DNA from: Mizuhopecten yessoensis
Taxonomy: Eukaryota
Reading direction: 5' to 3'
Assembly: GCF_002113885.1 (NCBI RefSeq)
Contig: NW_018407426.1
Coordinates: 1,362,908-1,426,907, forward strand
DNA length: 64,000 nucleotides
Shown here: positions 1 through 13,991 of the stretch, in pieces
How the letters are laid out: the number at the start of each line of letters is the position of its first letter
Position numbering within the stretch: the first letter of the stretch is position 1
Notes under the pieces: model-generated
Told to the model about the DNA's origin: nothing
Seen by the model: the letters and a program-made list of their open reading frames with translations, nothing else
Database searches by the model: none
Made by a program: the position numbers and the translations under genes

Positions 1-196
1 TTTTTGTTGACCTTTGTCCATGGAAGGTCCCTGCAAAATTTCATTGAAATTGGTTCAGGGGTTTTGGAGAAGAAGTCGAAAATGTAAATTGTTTACGGAC
101 GGACGACGGACGCGTCGTCGAAGGACGACGGACGACGACGGACAAAAGGCGATCGCAATAGGTCACTTGAGACTTTGTCTCAGGTGACCTAAAAAC
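1..196 (+). mobile_element. 3' end of a pearl/HINE-type non-autonomous Helentron
   Basis: Core unit, then a (GGAC/GAC)n microsatellite at about 95-143, then the terminal hairpin aggtcacttgagac-tttt-gtctcaggtgacct followed by an A-run. Confidence 0.75.
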
Positions 197-3110
197 TATC
201 ATTCACAATTACAATAAGATAACATAGATATCAGAAAGCAGGAAGGCATAATCTTCGAAGTGCCTTTTTCCTGGATCATCAAATATGAAATGTATGCCAT
301 AAGATCATCTCTGTATGGACCATATCCATCTATAACCTTACCCACTTTCTTCATGTCTCTCCTGCTTTGTCCTAATCACCACCTTACACACTATCTGCAT
401 GTCAAGTTGACCATTTCTCTTCCATACAAAACCTTACTGAGATCCCAGTGGGACATGTATGAACCATTAAGTCAATATTGAACTGTTTAGAATAAGGTTG
501 ACAATGGGGATTGTCTTCATTTGACTCAACACTCAACAGACAACACAGACAGATCTAGTAAATAGTGCATGCATACTAACACAGACATTTCCCTTAGAAA
601 AAAAGCCACAGACACTTTCAAGGAAATGGAATTAACCTGGCATCTTGGTCTATACAAAAGGTATAGGTGAAACAAATACTGTCACTCTTAGTGAATCATG
701 TACCAGTTTAATCCTCCATATCAGAGATAAAAGGTTTCTTAATAAATGTCATTTATCGATATCTACAGCTTATATTACATATAAACATGTCTGTCTTTGT
801 ACACTTGTTTAACTCACGAGATACCAAAGTGTGTATACTTGTTTGTGTGACGTCAAAGTAGCGTTTTAGTTCCCTTTCCATGGAGGATATATATTGTACC
901 TCTTATTTACAGACCCGAACTCCACAGTACATTAAGTTCATGTTGTAATAAACATTGATATATGTATTGCTAGAAGCTATAGAAATCAATAAAAAAAAAA
1001 AAAAAACAACTTCAAAAGCGTTTTCTTTACATCAGACTGCGTGTGTGCCTGAACAAGTCTGATCTAGGAAGTATAGGAGAATGAATGGTTTGTAAATATG
1101 TCATTCTCAAAGGAGGTCTGCGATATAGCTCTCAATTTAACTGTCTCGGACCAACCAGGATATTATCAAAATGAGTGCTAGAGTCTGCATGGTACCCCAT
1201 CTGGCAACTAGGTAGACTTGATCAATAAAGGGTATTGGTAGCACCAATAAACTCTCTGCACAATTAAATAGTAGACTTTGTAAAAAAAAATATGAAATAC
1301 ATATACATGTACTCTGAAATGCAGTTAATATTAACTAGAATGTGCAGCAACAGACAAATCAATGATTAAAAAATAAAAAGATCCAAAAATTCACTCGATC
1401 TAAAGCATCCATTTAACATTTCTACCATAGCATACTGTACCGAACATGGGTGATATCGGTACAGTTAGATGTCAAAAGGTACACAGAATATTGTCAACTT
1501 CAGCAGTTCTCAAAAAAATAAATCATATTTGCTTCTGCAAGTCAGAAAGGTGGCGCCTATAGATTATGAAATATGCAACAGTAGTAGATATATTACGGGT
1601 GGTCTGAAGGTTATATAATAACCAATAAAACTATAAAATCGGTCGTGCTCAGTTTTTGATTGACAAATTAAGACACGCTTCATTCATAATACATATTAGA
1701 AAGGTAAAACTAGTATCTATATCCGTCACTTCAAACGAATTTGTGACTACCATGTACACAACCTAGTGGTTCATTATTCATACTAATACTGTCTCATTAC
1801 GGTATAAATGGTACAAGTTTTAGAATTAACTCAACCAAGTGGAACTCATGTCTCCCTCTATAAAATGGCAAGTGTTCAAAGAGCATGAATTAAGATAAGT
1901 AAGTGCAACTAAAGCAAACACTTGCATGGCACTGTCATCAGATCCACAAAATGAGAAGAGATTTCCTGAAGAATACCCCCCCAACCCCTCCTCAACCTGT
2001 TCTCTCCCCCTCCTTTAGAGATGGTACTGCTACTGAAATCGCATGGCCAAACCAACTTTGTAGATACCATTTTTATTGCAACACATTGACCAGTGTTACT
2101 AAGATATCAGTTGATACAATAATTTGTTTGGAGAATAATCAAAAGTGAGCCACCTTATAAAGGTTTTTCTCTCAATGTTACAGAAAATCCTGCAGCTTAC
2201 TAGAATATCTGACAGGTAGAGTTACAGCTTACCTGATCACACACATGTCTGACACTCACCAACGTCGCTGATCTGTGTGAAGGATAGCTTTTATTAACTG
2301 GGGATTTACTCACAAATCCCCAGATAACCCTGTGTGGTAGGGATAATTACAACGCCACGGAATGGTCAATAGTGTCAAGAGTACATCAATACATCTGATC
2401 ATACATAGGCTACGTCTGGTTACAGACACAGGTAAACTGTTACAGGTAACCTAATTACTAGACTGCAGAGCTTGTGGTAATAACTACTTCTGCTAAACCA
2501 GCAATAATCAGAGAGAAAATTAATGATGTCTATTTCTTAATTTGATCATTTCACATCTCTTCCGTCTGTGAAGGAAACTTAAGGCCGAACATTTTCATCA
2601 CGAACTTGACAACTCATACATTTGTATGTCTATAACATTACAAATTTTGTCTATGGTATAGATGTTGATTATTGTGAAATGATTTTACATATTTAGAATA
2701 ATTGTATTGCTTGGCTTTTTGTCCTTTAAGTCATGAAATGGTTATTTCAACAATATCAGGAACAAACAAAATCACGACAAACCATATATCATTATGTATT
2801 GTGCATAAGGCTTTTGTTTCAAAACAATTCTCAGAAATATTAGATCATTACCAGCTATAGTTAGCTCACCGAAACTTATTGTCTCCAGTACTGATCTGTT
2901 CTTAAATAAACTAATCATCAATTTTCAAAACACTTTGAAAAAAAAATCTGCGGCTAAATAACATATTTTGTAAAAGACTATGTATACAAGATTAATGGTA
3001 CTGAATGGGTGTGTTATACACAGACGAGCTGGCTACTGTTATAACACAAAGGAATAGACTCAGGTTATAATGAGGTTTATTAATAATGGGAAACAGGTAA
3101 ATGAGATTAG

Positions 3111-3370
3111 TGTACTGGCCGACAGGATTAGATAACAGGTTCCCGACTGTGCCAGGTCTACAGGGATACTCCAACAGGTCATAGGTCACACTGACACACC
3201 ATGGCCGCCTTGGAGTGGTGCCTGTAGGGGAGTGTAACTGGTTACTGTACTGGCCGACAGGGTTAGAAAACAGGTTCCCCACCATGCCAGGTCTACAGGG
3301 ATCCCCCGGATACTCCAACAGGTCATAGGTCACACTGACACACTATAGGTGCTTGTAGGGGAGATAACTC
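3111..3370. repeat. ~135-bp imperfect tandem duplication
   Basis: tgtactggccgacagg...ggtcacactgacacac occurs twice. Confidence 0.85.
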
Positions 3371-6300
3371 TAAATAATGTTTTATGACTTGATTTGTTAC
3401 TGTTGTTTTATTTGTGTATACAGATTGTTAAATAATAATACAACAATGGGGCACCTGGTTTTGAAAAAACAACACTTTGACCCCTGAAAAAGTAAGTATA
3501 TATTAAATACCTTATTGTATACCAAAAAAAATGCCAATTTAAAAATCAATTCTGAAAAAACAATATATAATAGTAAATAAATCTGAGGTTGTTCAACTCA
3601 CTAACTTCATATTTCAATAAAAATGTTTTTATTTTTCTGGATATTTATGGAAATGCCATATTTGTTAAATTCAGAAATGTTTATGTTATATCAAAACATC
3701 TAAAGCAACTAGTATCCTCTTCCGTAGTTTCGATTCTAGGATTGTCTGAAATCCTTCTTGTTATGAGATATCTCTAGGCAAAAGTGGAAAATGAAAAAAC
3801 TGCTATCAAACAAGATTTTCATTTTTTTAAAAAGATTTTTGTACATGATTTCTTCTATCAAATTAAGAAGCATTTAAAAATGTGGCCAAACTTCTGCCTG
3901 AAATGTAGGTAGGTAGGGAAAAAACAACCTCCAGTAATAAAACTGATTAAACCGTAAAACATATAATACACCCATACATCAATTGAAGTGGAAAGTGAAT
4001 AATTTTTTGCTGTTTTAAATGAACTGAACTGACCTGCTCTACCATTAGCATGCTTTCCGACATTCACAGGTAACTTAACACTATCTACAATCACAGAAAC
4101 ACCGGCCTCAGAGGAACCACTCATAACGATTAGATTTATACAAAAAATGGAGATATTGTTTTCAGAACTAAAATAAAAATAAGATCTAAATGTATATTAC
4201 CTGAGTTTGACAGCTCCAAGCTAAGCTATGATGTATTGCCAGTCAAAACCTTCTGAAATCCTGATATGGTCACATGACTGCCCACCTGAAGTCCTAATAC
4301 AACTCAAAGTGTGGTCACATGACCTAGTGTGTCACAGCTCCGCACACGATATTACTACCCAGTACATTGGTGATTATGATGTAATGTTATATAGAAATTA
4401 TTTTATAATATATTGTGACTGTATATACACACAAATACATGTAGATTTTGTGATAGGTATGGAACAGGCCCGGACAGCAAGGTTATTGTCGTCCTACCTG
4501 TACAAGGTAGAACCCCCTCAGACTCTTGATAACCTATCCAGTCAGACCGTTAGTTCATTTGGCGTCACAAACACCAATTGTAACGAGAGAAAAAAAGTCT
4601 GTAAAAAATACGGACAAACACCTTTTTTTATCAAAGGAATACAAAGGTATTATTACAACTTGGCTTGTCACCAATTCAAATTATGGCAACTCATCAAAAA
4701 TTGTGTGATTACATTTGGTCACAGAAATGAGTACTGACTCATTCTGGCTTATATAATCTGTCTCCCAGTCAGGAAATATTAAAGTAACCGTTAAGTTGCA
4801 ACAAAATGTCCACAAAACCTGGCGTTTTATAACTGCCCATTGTGTATCTTTTCATACCTCTACCTGTAGCCGGCCGCCTCTTATTTAAAATACAAATATT
4901 TATGTCATAGCAGGTTATGATACTATATGCCTTTATTCATTTACCCAGACTTCCTGACCACAGACAGCAAATGGTTCACATTGAACAAAAAATTCACATT
5001 AATTACTGTACATAATCTATATTTAAAGTAAAATAAATTTTCAATATATTTTAACATTCTGTCCCAAAAAAATCATTACAACATTGAAAATGTTACTTTG
5101 AAAGTTTTCCATGCACAAAGCTTAAATTATTTATTTTTATTATTAAACAACATTTGATTTAGCATTCTATCACTATAAACCACTCTGCCACTTCAGAGTA
5201 CATAGATATAAAATTCATTCAATACAGTATATCAATCAATACAGTTCGAGGTTTATGAAGGCGCTGCCTTACCAGTCCCTACACGACTATAGTCCTATAT
5301 CACCTGGATAACTTCTCTTACATGTAGATATAAAGGTAAGCATGTAACGTGAGGGTTTAATTGGCTTCTGTTTTGTGGTGGGACTATGATTCCAATGGCA
5401 TCTTTTTCCCAAAGTGCCATCCAACATTTATATTGCAGCACAGATACTGTAGCACCCACCAGAGACCATTCTATAGTCAACGAGACAAAACACCACCTGG
5501 CCAAATCTACCTTTATATGGCTACATTCCAACTAATGCTAAAAAGGTAGGCCTTCATATCAATATCTTTTGAATTTCAGTAATTTGTTTATTTAATTTTT
5601 TCTCTTTGCTGATAGTATACATTAATACAGTAGAACTAAAACACATTTTTTTGTAAATCTAACTCAATCCAGATTTTTAACTGTCAACTTAACTTTGTGA
5701 TCGAGCCAAGAACATCATGTACTGATTGCCATTTAAGAAAACAAATCCTGAACTTAGTTTTTTTTCTTTCACTTGCTAAAAGAAATACCTGTTCTGCCTG
5801 ACTTGTGTCCATATCCATATCTTCATCATCAAACAATGCTTGGCTCTCCATATCCATATTGTTTCAACGCACCTCTGAGATCACGTTTCACGATCCTCTA
5901 TTGTATAAAGTCATGTAAATGTCTGTGCCAATCAGCAGTTTTAAATAATGGCACACTTCACCAACGTGTAGGTAAGTTTTGCACGTACCAGCAAAATCAA
6001 CTTATCAGTGCTGCACTTTTTCCAACAGATGTTTGCTTACCTAGACCGATAAATTACCTTTACATCAAGAGCATAGGTGACCTTCCTGCAAGCAACTTAG
6101 TTACCCAATGAGCTGTCACGAAAGATTACCAGAACCTACACGGCAGTTAGGGGACTTATAAAGGATTGTCTTTACGCCACTAATACTATTTAAATGGCTG
6201 AGGATCACAATACAGCAGAATAATGAGATTTTTCACACAATACATAATACATTACAAACTAATTGACATCAGTGTGGCGGTGGTTAAAAGCAAAGAAAAT

Positions 6301-8484
6301 TCATTAAAACTGGAACTGGTAATGTTACATGTTTATCACATAAACATTATACCCATTATTATAAACAATCAGAAAAAAGTGTAAGAGTTACGAGGAGCTA
6401 GACTTTGACTTTCATACCCATTATTATAAACCATCAGATGTAAGAGTTACCAGGAGCTAGACTTTCATACCCATTGTTATAAACCATCAGAGTTACCAGG
6501 ACCCAGACTTTTGTACACTTTATCACACGCGAGGGGGAAATGGGTCTAGATGTAATAGGTGTGACACTCGGAAATAAACCCAGGCTGTAGAACAACACAT
6601 ATGGTAACGGGCTATGTGCATGCAGGGTAATTCCTATCTACCTAGCAACCAGCATGTGTTCAATATGAGGTATAGATTATGTAAACCATAGTTGGATTTA
6701 CTAGTATCAAGTCCATTCCTGCCTTATCAAACAAATTGTATATCAAACTATTCTCAGAATCCAAAACAAATATGTGAAAAAAAAGGTTTAGAGTGAAAGA
6801 GATCACCCTTATGACAGCAAACTGCTTTCAAAAAAAAATTAACTTTGAAAAATGTTCTGGAATGAAGGAACAGTAATCTTCAATACAACAGTTATGAAGT
6901 AAAAATGTGTTACCTCTGAGTTGTCTGCCCTTGAAATATAGTCACACCATCCAAACAACAGGTCACAGTTCAATTCATTAATTCAAAGAGTTCAGTCATC
7001 ACTTTCTCCTCACCAAACCATAAAATAATCCATCGTTTTATATACTCTAACTAGAAAGAAACTCTAAAAATACTGTTCATATTACAAATAAAATTGGTGA
7101 CATTTTCTAATCCATTTGTTACCAGTGCTGTTCTCAGACACAGCCTTTACTATAAATATCTACCAGTACTGGTGTGTCAATGATCCTGTTTTATTACCAA
7201 AATGACAATGTCCCTCTGGTCCACTTCCTTGACACAATGCTATCCCCTAGTTATCAAGTACTTATCATATAATTTGTATAGTCCACCATTCATTTCCATT
7301 GTATAGTGCAATTTCTTATATCGAGCAATAGGTATTATATCACATATGTATATAAATGAATCATTACTTTAATTAGGCATAAAAATCTGATTCCATTCAA
7401 AAGATCAATGCTTCCAAATTGTATTCAATCATTATGTTTTAAATATAATTAAACAGGGACTGAAAGTAGCCTGCATTACTAGGATTTTTTATATTTGTGA
7501 GTCAAACATTACTAATTTTTCAACTTTTTTAATTTCTTACCTGAACAAATATACGAGTCCAAGGTGAGTTAACAGCCCCGTACCTACCGAGATCTCCTGA
7601 TCAGATATCAAACATATAAAAGAAAACCACCCTTGCTTGTTTTGTCAGATAATTGGATAGCTATTTCTTATGGTGCCGTAACACTTACATTTTTCAGGTA
7701 TTGTATATTTGATACTTTGCCAAATAAATATTTTAACAATAGAATTTTGTAGTGAAATTGCATTGCCTTAACACCACCTTATTGTATAACAAACAAAACG
7801 CTAATATCTCTACTGTAATTAACATTCCTTTATAATCTAATTTTGAAAAAAGAATGGATTTCAGCTTGTGATTTACGGCCAATTAAAAAAATTACAGCGA
7901 TTGTATGTGTTTTACTTTCAATCACTCTGATATGCCATAACTGACGACTTAAACTTACCACAGGGTATAGATACATGAAGACTTTCTAGAGGTAGAATCG
8001 CAATATTTCTCTTGCATTTTTCGTTAATATATATCAGTATATTTCCCTAAATCTTGTCTTTTCCTCAAATATAATTAAATCACTGCAGAAAACAGCTTGA
8101 GCAATAGCATTTTACAATATTGTTTTGCCAAAATGATTCTGTCATTAAGTACTGTTTTAGACAATTTTAAGTTCTGTCATTTTGTTTTCCACCATGAAAA
8201 ACTAAATGATTGCCAAGTAATTATTAGTTTCGTGACATTGGCCCTGTCTACTTACATCATCAAGTACTAAAGGTCAAATCCATTTAAGGAGACAAGTTAG
8301 CACAAAGGAAAGACCTTCAAAATGATTTTTATTATACCATGTGATGCCTTGTGTATTTTCGTTCTTATTAAGGATCCCTGTCCCATTGAACTGTAGTTTT
8401 CCCCATAAACAGTGTAACCTCCCCTTAACTTCTGTTTGGATATAACTATCACACCTTTTGGCCGGGACACTTCTGTTGACCATT

Positions 8485-8570
8485 GTAGGTAGCTCAGTCG
8501 GTTAGAGGGATAGTATATCAATCTGAAGTCCAGGGTTCGAATCCCAGATTATCCCCGCTAAATGTTTACA
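8485..8570 (+). mobile_element. tRNA-derived element (SINE head or TRIM LTR remnant)
   Basis: A box gtagctcagtcggttagag and B box gggttcgaatccc, with no complete cloverleaf acceptor stem. More decayed minus-strand relatives occur at about 24445-24530 and 47570-47640. Confidence 0.55.
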
Positions 8571-9788
8571 TTCAGACAACTATTATTTACTATATTTTGT
8601 TTCTTTCATCTTCATTATTTTTCATATGAAAGTCCTGCAAGGTAGGGTTTTCTTTTCATAATAAAAGATTTATCAAAGCTGGAGTCATGCTCAAAAACAC
8701 AGTTTCCATTACATTTTTATGCAGTTGTACGGGGATCCTTAAGTGGAAAGCTTGGACAACAGGAGACAAAACCGTTCAAACTAATCAAATTTCATTAATT
8801 AATTGCTAATTCTGAAATACAACAAACCAGCTTTATTCTTTATTATTGCATTGAGACACTTCAATTAATGACAAACCCAGTTACCTCCCCTATAAACTGT
8901 GTTGTGGACATTCCAGTACATATATATGTATATGTCAATAGACTGTTTGCACAAATATAATTCTACTTAGGGGTAGTTACCCTCTGAACATCAAGAAATA
9001 AACCAAATATTTTCAAACAGACATCTTAAAAAATTATTGTTCTCATCTTTTAGTACCAGAGCTTTGATATACAAAGCTCAACAGAACAGTACTGCACCTA
9101 ACTAATAACCGCCCCTACCTATGACTGGAAATGTACAGAAAATATAACGACAATCAAAGTCCACAAACATGCTTTAAAGCTGTTTTCTTTTGCCTGCATA
9201 ATACTAACTAATTATTTGTGTATTCCAGGGATTGTTTGCTACAAAACAATGATGACAATTAAAAATTTCCAGTAAATATAGATATTTTTGACAAGGCCGA
9301 GATGTAACGACCTAGATAGGAATGACAAGTTGTATTGGTGCTGTATTTTTGTGTAACTAGATCCCCCCCAAAGGTCATTTAAACCCCCAGCTGTCACACA
9401 CTGCCTTGTGGGGCATGTACTGTCATAACTCCGATAATAAATATTGAACAGGTGTATAGTTCGATACCCTGAATACACATTGTATTGGCAACACAATGGA
9501 TAGTCAATCCAGTAACTTTTTGACATTTTCAATGTTGCAATGTTGCAAAATTCTGCTACGGGCCATTTTAACACTTGTATTGTGCAGTAATGGTGAATAC
9601 AACCAGTAACCAAATCCACTAATTCAAAGCTGACTGGTAGGAGTTGACCCAGAGTCTGAGATGAATGTCAACGAAAATCAAAAAATCAAGACAGGGTAAT
9701 TATTTTGAAAGAGGCAGGACTTCAGCAGGAACTGTTCTTCACTGTAAACTATGTTGTAACAGCTAAGGAATTTTTGAGGGGAAAATAC

Positions 9789-9904
9789 TGCCTTACTGGT
9801 AAGCTAGCTTTTCCAGTGATGCGGTATAACCTGTGGACCCGCTCACTAGTTCAGCAACGTCGGGCCTGGTCAGAAGTTGGATGGGTGACCGCCCGCACGT
9901 TACA
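9789..9904 (+). mobile_element. 5S rRNA-derived fragment within an LTR-like unit (Ajax/Cassandra-like) or a 5S pseudogene fragment
   Basis: 9840-9893 (cgctcactagttcagcaacgtcgggcctggtcagaagttggatgggtgaccgcc) matches the 5S internal control region. The unit ends in cgttaca and is preceded by a purine run, gaggggaaaa. Confidence 0.6.
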
Positions 9905-9984
9905 AAAGACTCTTTTGACCAGTGACGAAGAGGTCAGTATAGTCACAAAACAGTGCATCATATCACTTAGTTCATCTTCTATAG

Positions 9985-10112
9985 TGCCGCAGAACTGGAC
10001 TTGGTCAATCGGCAGCGACCAGGTGTCTCAAATGATTAGAGCCTCTAACAAGAGTTTGATTGGTCCTAGGCTCAAATGCTAGTCTTGCCATGCATTTTTC
10101 TCTCCCATTACA
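9985..10112 (+). mobile_element. tRNA-like LTR of the same family
   Basis: tgccgcagaactggacttgg...tgcatttttctctcccattaca, 128 bp, followed by tttgg (PBS-like start). Confidence 0.6.
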
Positions 10113-10917
10113 TTTGGGCCTCAATGAAATATACCCTAGGTAGGTGTTATAGGGTCTCATGTAGTAATGTAGTAATGAACTAGCATTTCCAATATGTGTT
10201 TCAAGTTGTATCAAGCTATCTAAAATTATTGTTACAATTATGACACTTGCACATGTACCAAGGGGGTTTCAGTTGTCGAAAAGCCTTACCAAGAAATGAA
10301 ATAGTATCACACATATATGTCTTATAGCCTACACTCAACAAATACCTGTCAAATGTATTAAGGGGGATGTAAATTATTTTGAGAAACATATATTTCAACT
10401 TGAAGATTACTTTTGAAATGGTTCATTAACATACGGTAATAGCATTTTAGTGGCAATTTTTAACCTCGCTACCCCATAATTCAACCCGCCCAATATAGAA
10501 CAGTTTGATAGCCAATAAATAACAGCCAATTTATCAGTTCTGCACACACCAGCCATTTAAACTCACTAACAACAACCTTAATGAATTCCCGGTCACATAT
10601 TTTCACAACCATGACATTGATTAAAGAACAGTTTTATCAATTACTTTTAAAACACAGATTAATATAGTGGCCATTACAGTCTATGGGCCTCATGTTCCTA
10701 TTGTGGTGGGGAATTTCTATAGTAGTGTAGAGTAATAAGCTTGAGTATAGTAACCCCGAGGCTGGTCTAGTACCAGTACATTGACAAAGTCACCATACAT
10801 ACACTGTACAGGTCCTCAGCATTCTTTAGTACTGTATCACAGATAGACCAACTTATATCACTCTCACTTTGAGTCCTCCTAAAACCTAAAGCTTGTGCTC
10901 AAATTTTCATGCTAAGC

Positions 10918-11186
10918 AGGGCCCATATTCATGACACCGTTCTCATGCTCAAGCATAGATTTAGTGCTCAAACCATCTTTCTTGTAACTCACTTAAACCA
11001 TGGCAAATGATCAAAGAATCAAATGTCAACATTTAAAACAGTATTCGGCTTTAGATCTCTTCAAATATTTTTCCATATCATTGACAAAATAAGATTTTAT
11101 TGTTAATTTATAAAAAGAAAAAGAAATCAGGATTGAGTGCAAAATCCTTGCTTGAGCAGGAAAATAGTTTCATGAATACGGATCTA
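10918..11186. mobile_element. Degenerate MITE
   Basis: gggcccatattcatga...tgctcaagca pairs with tgcttgagca...tcatgaatacgg. Confidence 0.5.
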
Positions 11187-11494
11187 GGACTTTAATTTGA
11201 CTCCTGAAACTACGACTGGGTTTAAAAGAACTTGCTATTTCACATGTTTTGACTGCCCATGTTTCAACTTCAAGGTGATTTAGCCCTGCTGTTTAATGTA
11301 TCCGCTACTAAGCTAGACCTCAGTCTGGGGCAGTCCCATAGTGTTGGTGATGAGAAAGGAGTATTACCTCTATAGTAAAAAGTTACATAGGAACACAAAA
11401 CTTTGTGTAACCTTACTGTGTCCATGACAACTTTTTCTTAACAGCTTGTTGGACTTCTTTCTTTCCTTTTTGTACTATATATACATTTCGTACT

Positions 11495-11712
11495 ATAAGC
11501 ATGAGGTCATAGGTTGAACCTAGCTGGTGACACTTACTACTGTGGTTGTGTCTTTAAACAAGATATTTAATCGTCATTGTTCCAACCTACCCAGCTACAC
11601 AAATATGTGTTAGCATGCTGGGAAGTAACCTGAACAAGACTGGGGCCCTTTAATGACTTTCTGTCACCTTAGACCATGAAAACAAGGTTTAGCTCTGGTT
11701 CATAGGCCATAA
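11495..11712 (+). mobile_element. Decayed SINE
   Basis: B-box remnant followed by ttgtgtctttaaacaagatatttaa and cccagct, resembling conserved SINE central domains. Confidence 0.35.
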
Positions 11713-12627
11713 CTAAGGCTTGAACAGACCTGCACCATAGTGATCACCATCATACTTCCTGATGAAAATTAATTTGTAATGGACTGAATCTTTTTTACTT
11801 GCTTCATTTATAACTTCCCTAACTATACATGCATGACTATGGCAAATCTGTGATAAAGCCATTAGTAAACTTAGGAACAAACAATAACAAACTTCATGAT
11901 TTATCATACTGATCAAAGTTTGAACAATCCATTTCCTGCATGCACAGATGCAATGCAACCTCCGACTATCAGTGTTAACAGTTGATTAGCTTCTCAGCCT
12001 TATAGATACGGCCAAGAGTTAAACATACTAGGTACAAATTGTATATAAGTCCCCCCTACAGTGCAACAGCCATTTCTGTGACAATATCATAAATATGGCA
12101 TCAGAGGTTTGTCCGTAATGTACATTACATTTCCATATGAGTGTAATACCCGATAAATGGGGCCATATTGGGCCTCTATGGTACATTATACCACACAAAC
12201 CTACAGGGCGGGGGATCTCTCCACTTAAATGACCGGGGCATTGAAGTTCAACACCATAACTAACGTAGGTACACATCTTATGAGAGATTTTACAAGTCTT
12301 CAAAGCCTGGTGAGTTTTCATGCTACGCTGTATTTTGTATCGCAAATGAAACTTTTAAAATTTTATAAAACTTTATGTAAAATATTATACACAAGATTAA
12401 TACTTCTAAACGACAATGTCATCTAATATAAACTGCTTTTGATATTTCTTGCTGGAATAACAAGTAATAAATCTTTTTATGAAGTTGACAGTATGAAGAC
12501 AATTTGTGTCTGTATGTGTACATGTATATGACTCAGGAAGAACACCGAATCATAAATGGCCCATGTTCTCTATAACAAGGTAATAAAATCCACAGATCAA
12601 CATGGAGGACACAGCCAATTTCACAGT

Positions 12628-12960
12628 CTACCATATAGCTAAACAACACTAAGAGGAGAGGAACTTCTACCATACAGCTAAACAACACTAAGAGGAGAGG
12701 AACTTCTCCCATATAGCTAAACAACCCTAAGAGGAGAGGAACTTCTACCATATAGCTAAACGACACTAAGAGGAGAGGAACTTCTACCATACAGCTAAAC
12801 AACACTAAGAGGAGAGGAACTTCTACCATACAGCTAAACAACACTAAGAGGAGAGGAACTTCTACCATATAGCTAAACAACACTAAGAGAAGAAGAACTT
12901 CTACCATTTAGCCACACAACGCTCACAGAAGAGAACTTCGACCATTTAGCCACACAACAC
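12628..12960. repeat. 39-bp minisatellite, ~8 copies
   Basis: Unit ctaccatatagctaaacaacactaagaggagaggaactt. Confidence 0.95.
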
Positions 12961-13709
12961 ACTTAAGAGAAAAACAGCTTCCGCAGCACTATTGCTAAAT
13001 TCAATTTCGTTTAGCGAATTTTCTTTTCTTGAAAAGGTATTCTTCTAAAGAAAACTGTTCAAAGCTATCTCTCTAAACACCTATGTATTCATTTAACATA
13101 TAACTTGAAAGGAGATCAAGCGGATAGTTAATTTCCCAAAGGGCCATCGAGGACGAACACTGATCTGGATATAGGTCAGACACAAGCAGGCCCCCTTAAG
13201 CCAGCAGTTTCACCTTTACCTAAAGGAGTTTTCTGACCACAGCTGACAGGATCAGACTGTTATTGTTAAATCAATTTATATGACGATCCAAAACACAAGC
13301 CAGTGTTCAAACATATCTGAGCACACAAGAAGAAAAGTAGAAAAATGCATTAGATAATCCAACACTTATAAAGCATAATAAAGGTGTTGAGCATCTTTTA
13401 TTTTTTATTAAGAAGAAAAGAAGAACAAATTGGGAACATCTAAAGAAATTTCCCATTTAAGGATTTTATTTTTGTATTCAACATTTTAATAACCTGACCC
13501 ACCATAAAAGCACACACACCAGATGTTTGAGCAGAAAAAACATGGTTTATCAAAAATTTTACTACTTGGTCTAGGAAACCACTTACCTTATTTTCGTGAT
13601 AATGTCAACATCACCCTCTTTTCAGTCAAGGCATAGTACTTCAGCAAAGTAATGTATATACATTATAATATAAAGGTATTGCATTTAGGAGTATGTATAC
13701 ATCACTCAC

Positions 13710-13991
13710 CTTTTCACTCATGGCATTGTACTTAATGCCAAGCTCATCTCTCTCTGCCCGACTTGCTGCCAGTAGGTCCTCCACACGGTTGAGTTCTGAG
13801 GCCAGGAGTTGATTCTCCTCCTGAACCTGGTTAAGACTCGCTGACGAAGCCATCCTGCCAGGACTAGGATCGTCAGAGGTCAAGTTCTTAGTGATTATCT
13901 CCCTTATGCGGGCCGGTATCTTGGAAGGGTTGCTGTCCTCCCCTCTTACAGTGTAGTCCTCACTGTCCCTCAGCACGGAGTCTTCTAGTTT
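13710..13991 (-). CDS. CROCC: Rootletin (ciliary rootlet coiled-coil protein), conserved N-terminal exon, 94 codons, phase 0/0
   Basis: Translates KLEDSVL...IPARIREIITKNL...[48 protein letters not shown]. This closely matches the vertebrate rootletin N-terminus as I recall it (LIREIVTRNL...[38 protein letters not shown]). Acceptor gtgtttcag| at 13992 and donor AAG|gtgagt at 13709. Internal ATG at 13853 in strong context (aggATGg). The next exon was not found in 1-13709. Confidence 0.95.

Noticed and set aside
2230-2275. Minus-strand micro-exon candidates in the rootletin intron (also donors near 4200 and 7547)
   Set aside because: They are not frame-preserving or lack a start or homology, and the expected LEQ-type next exon is not encoded.
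4228-4737. 169-aa ORF and similar short ORFs (24561-24989, 9705-10082)
   Set aside because: No recognisable domain, composition like translated AT-rich intron, and some overlap repeats.
8485-8560. Functional tRNA gene
   Set aside because: A and B boxes are present, but the acceptor and anticodon stems do not pair convincingly and there is no clear terminator.
9840-9893. Functional 5S rRNA gene
   Set aside because: Only the internal ~55 nt match. The 5' third, the 3' end and the T-run terminator are missing.
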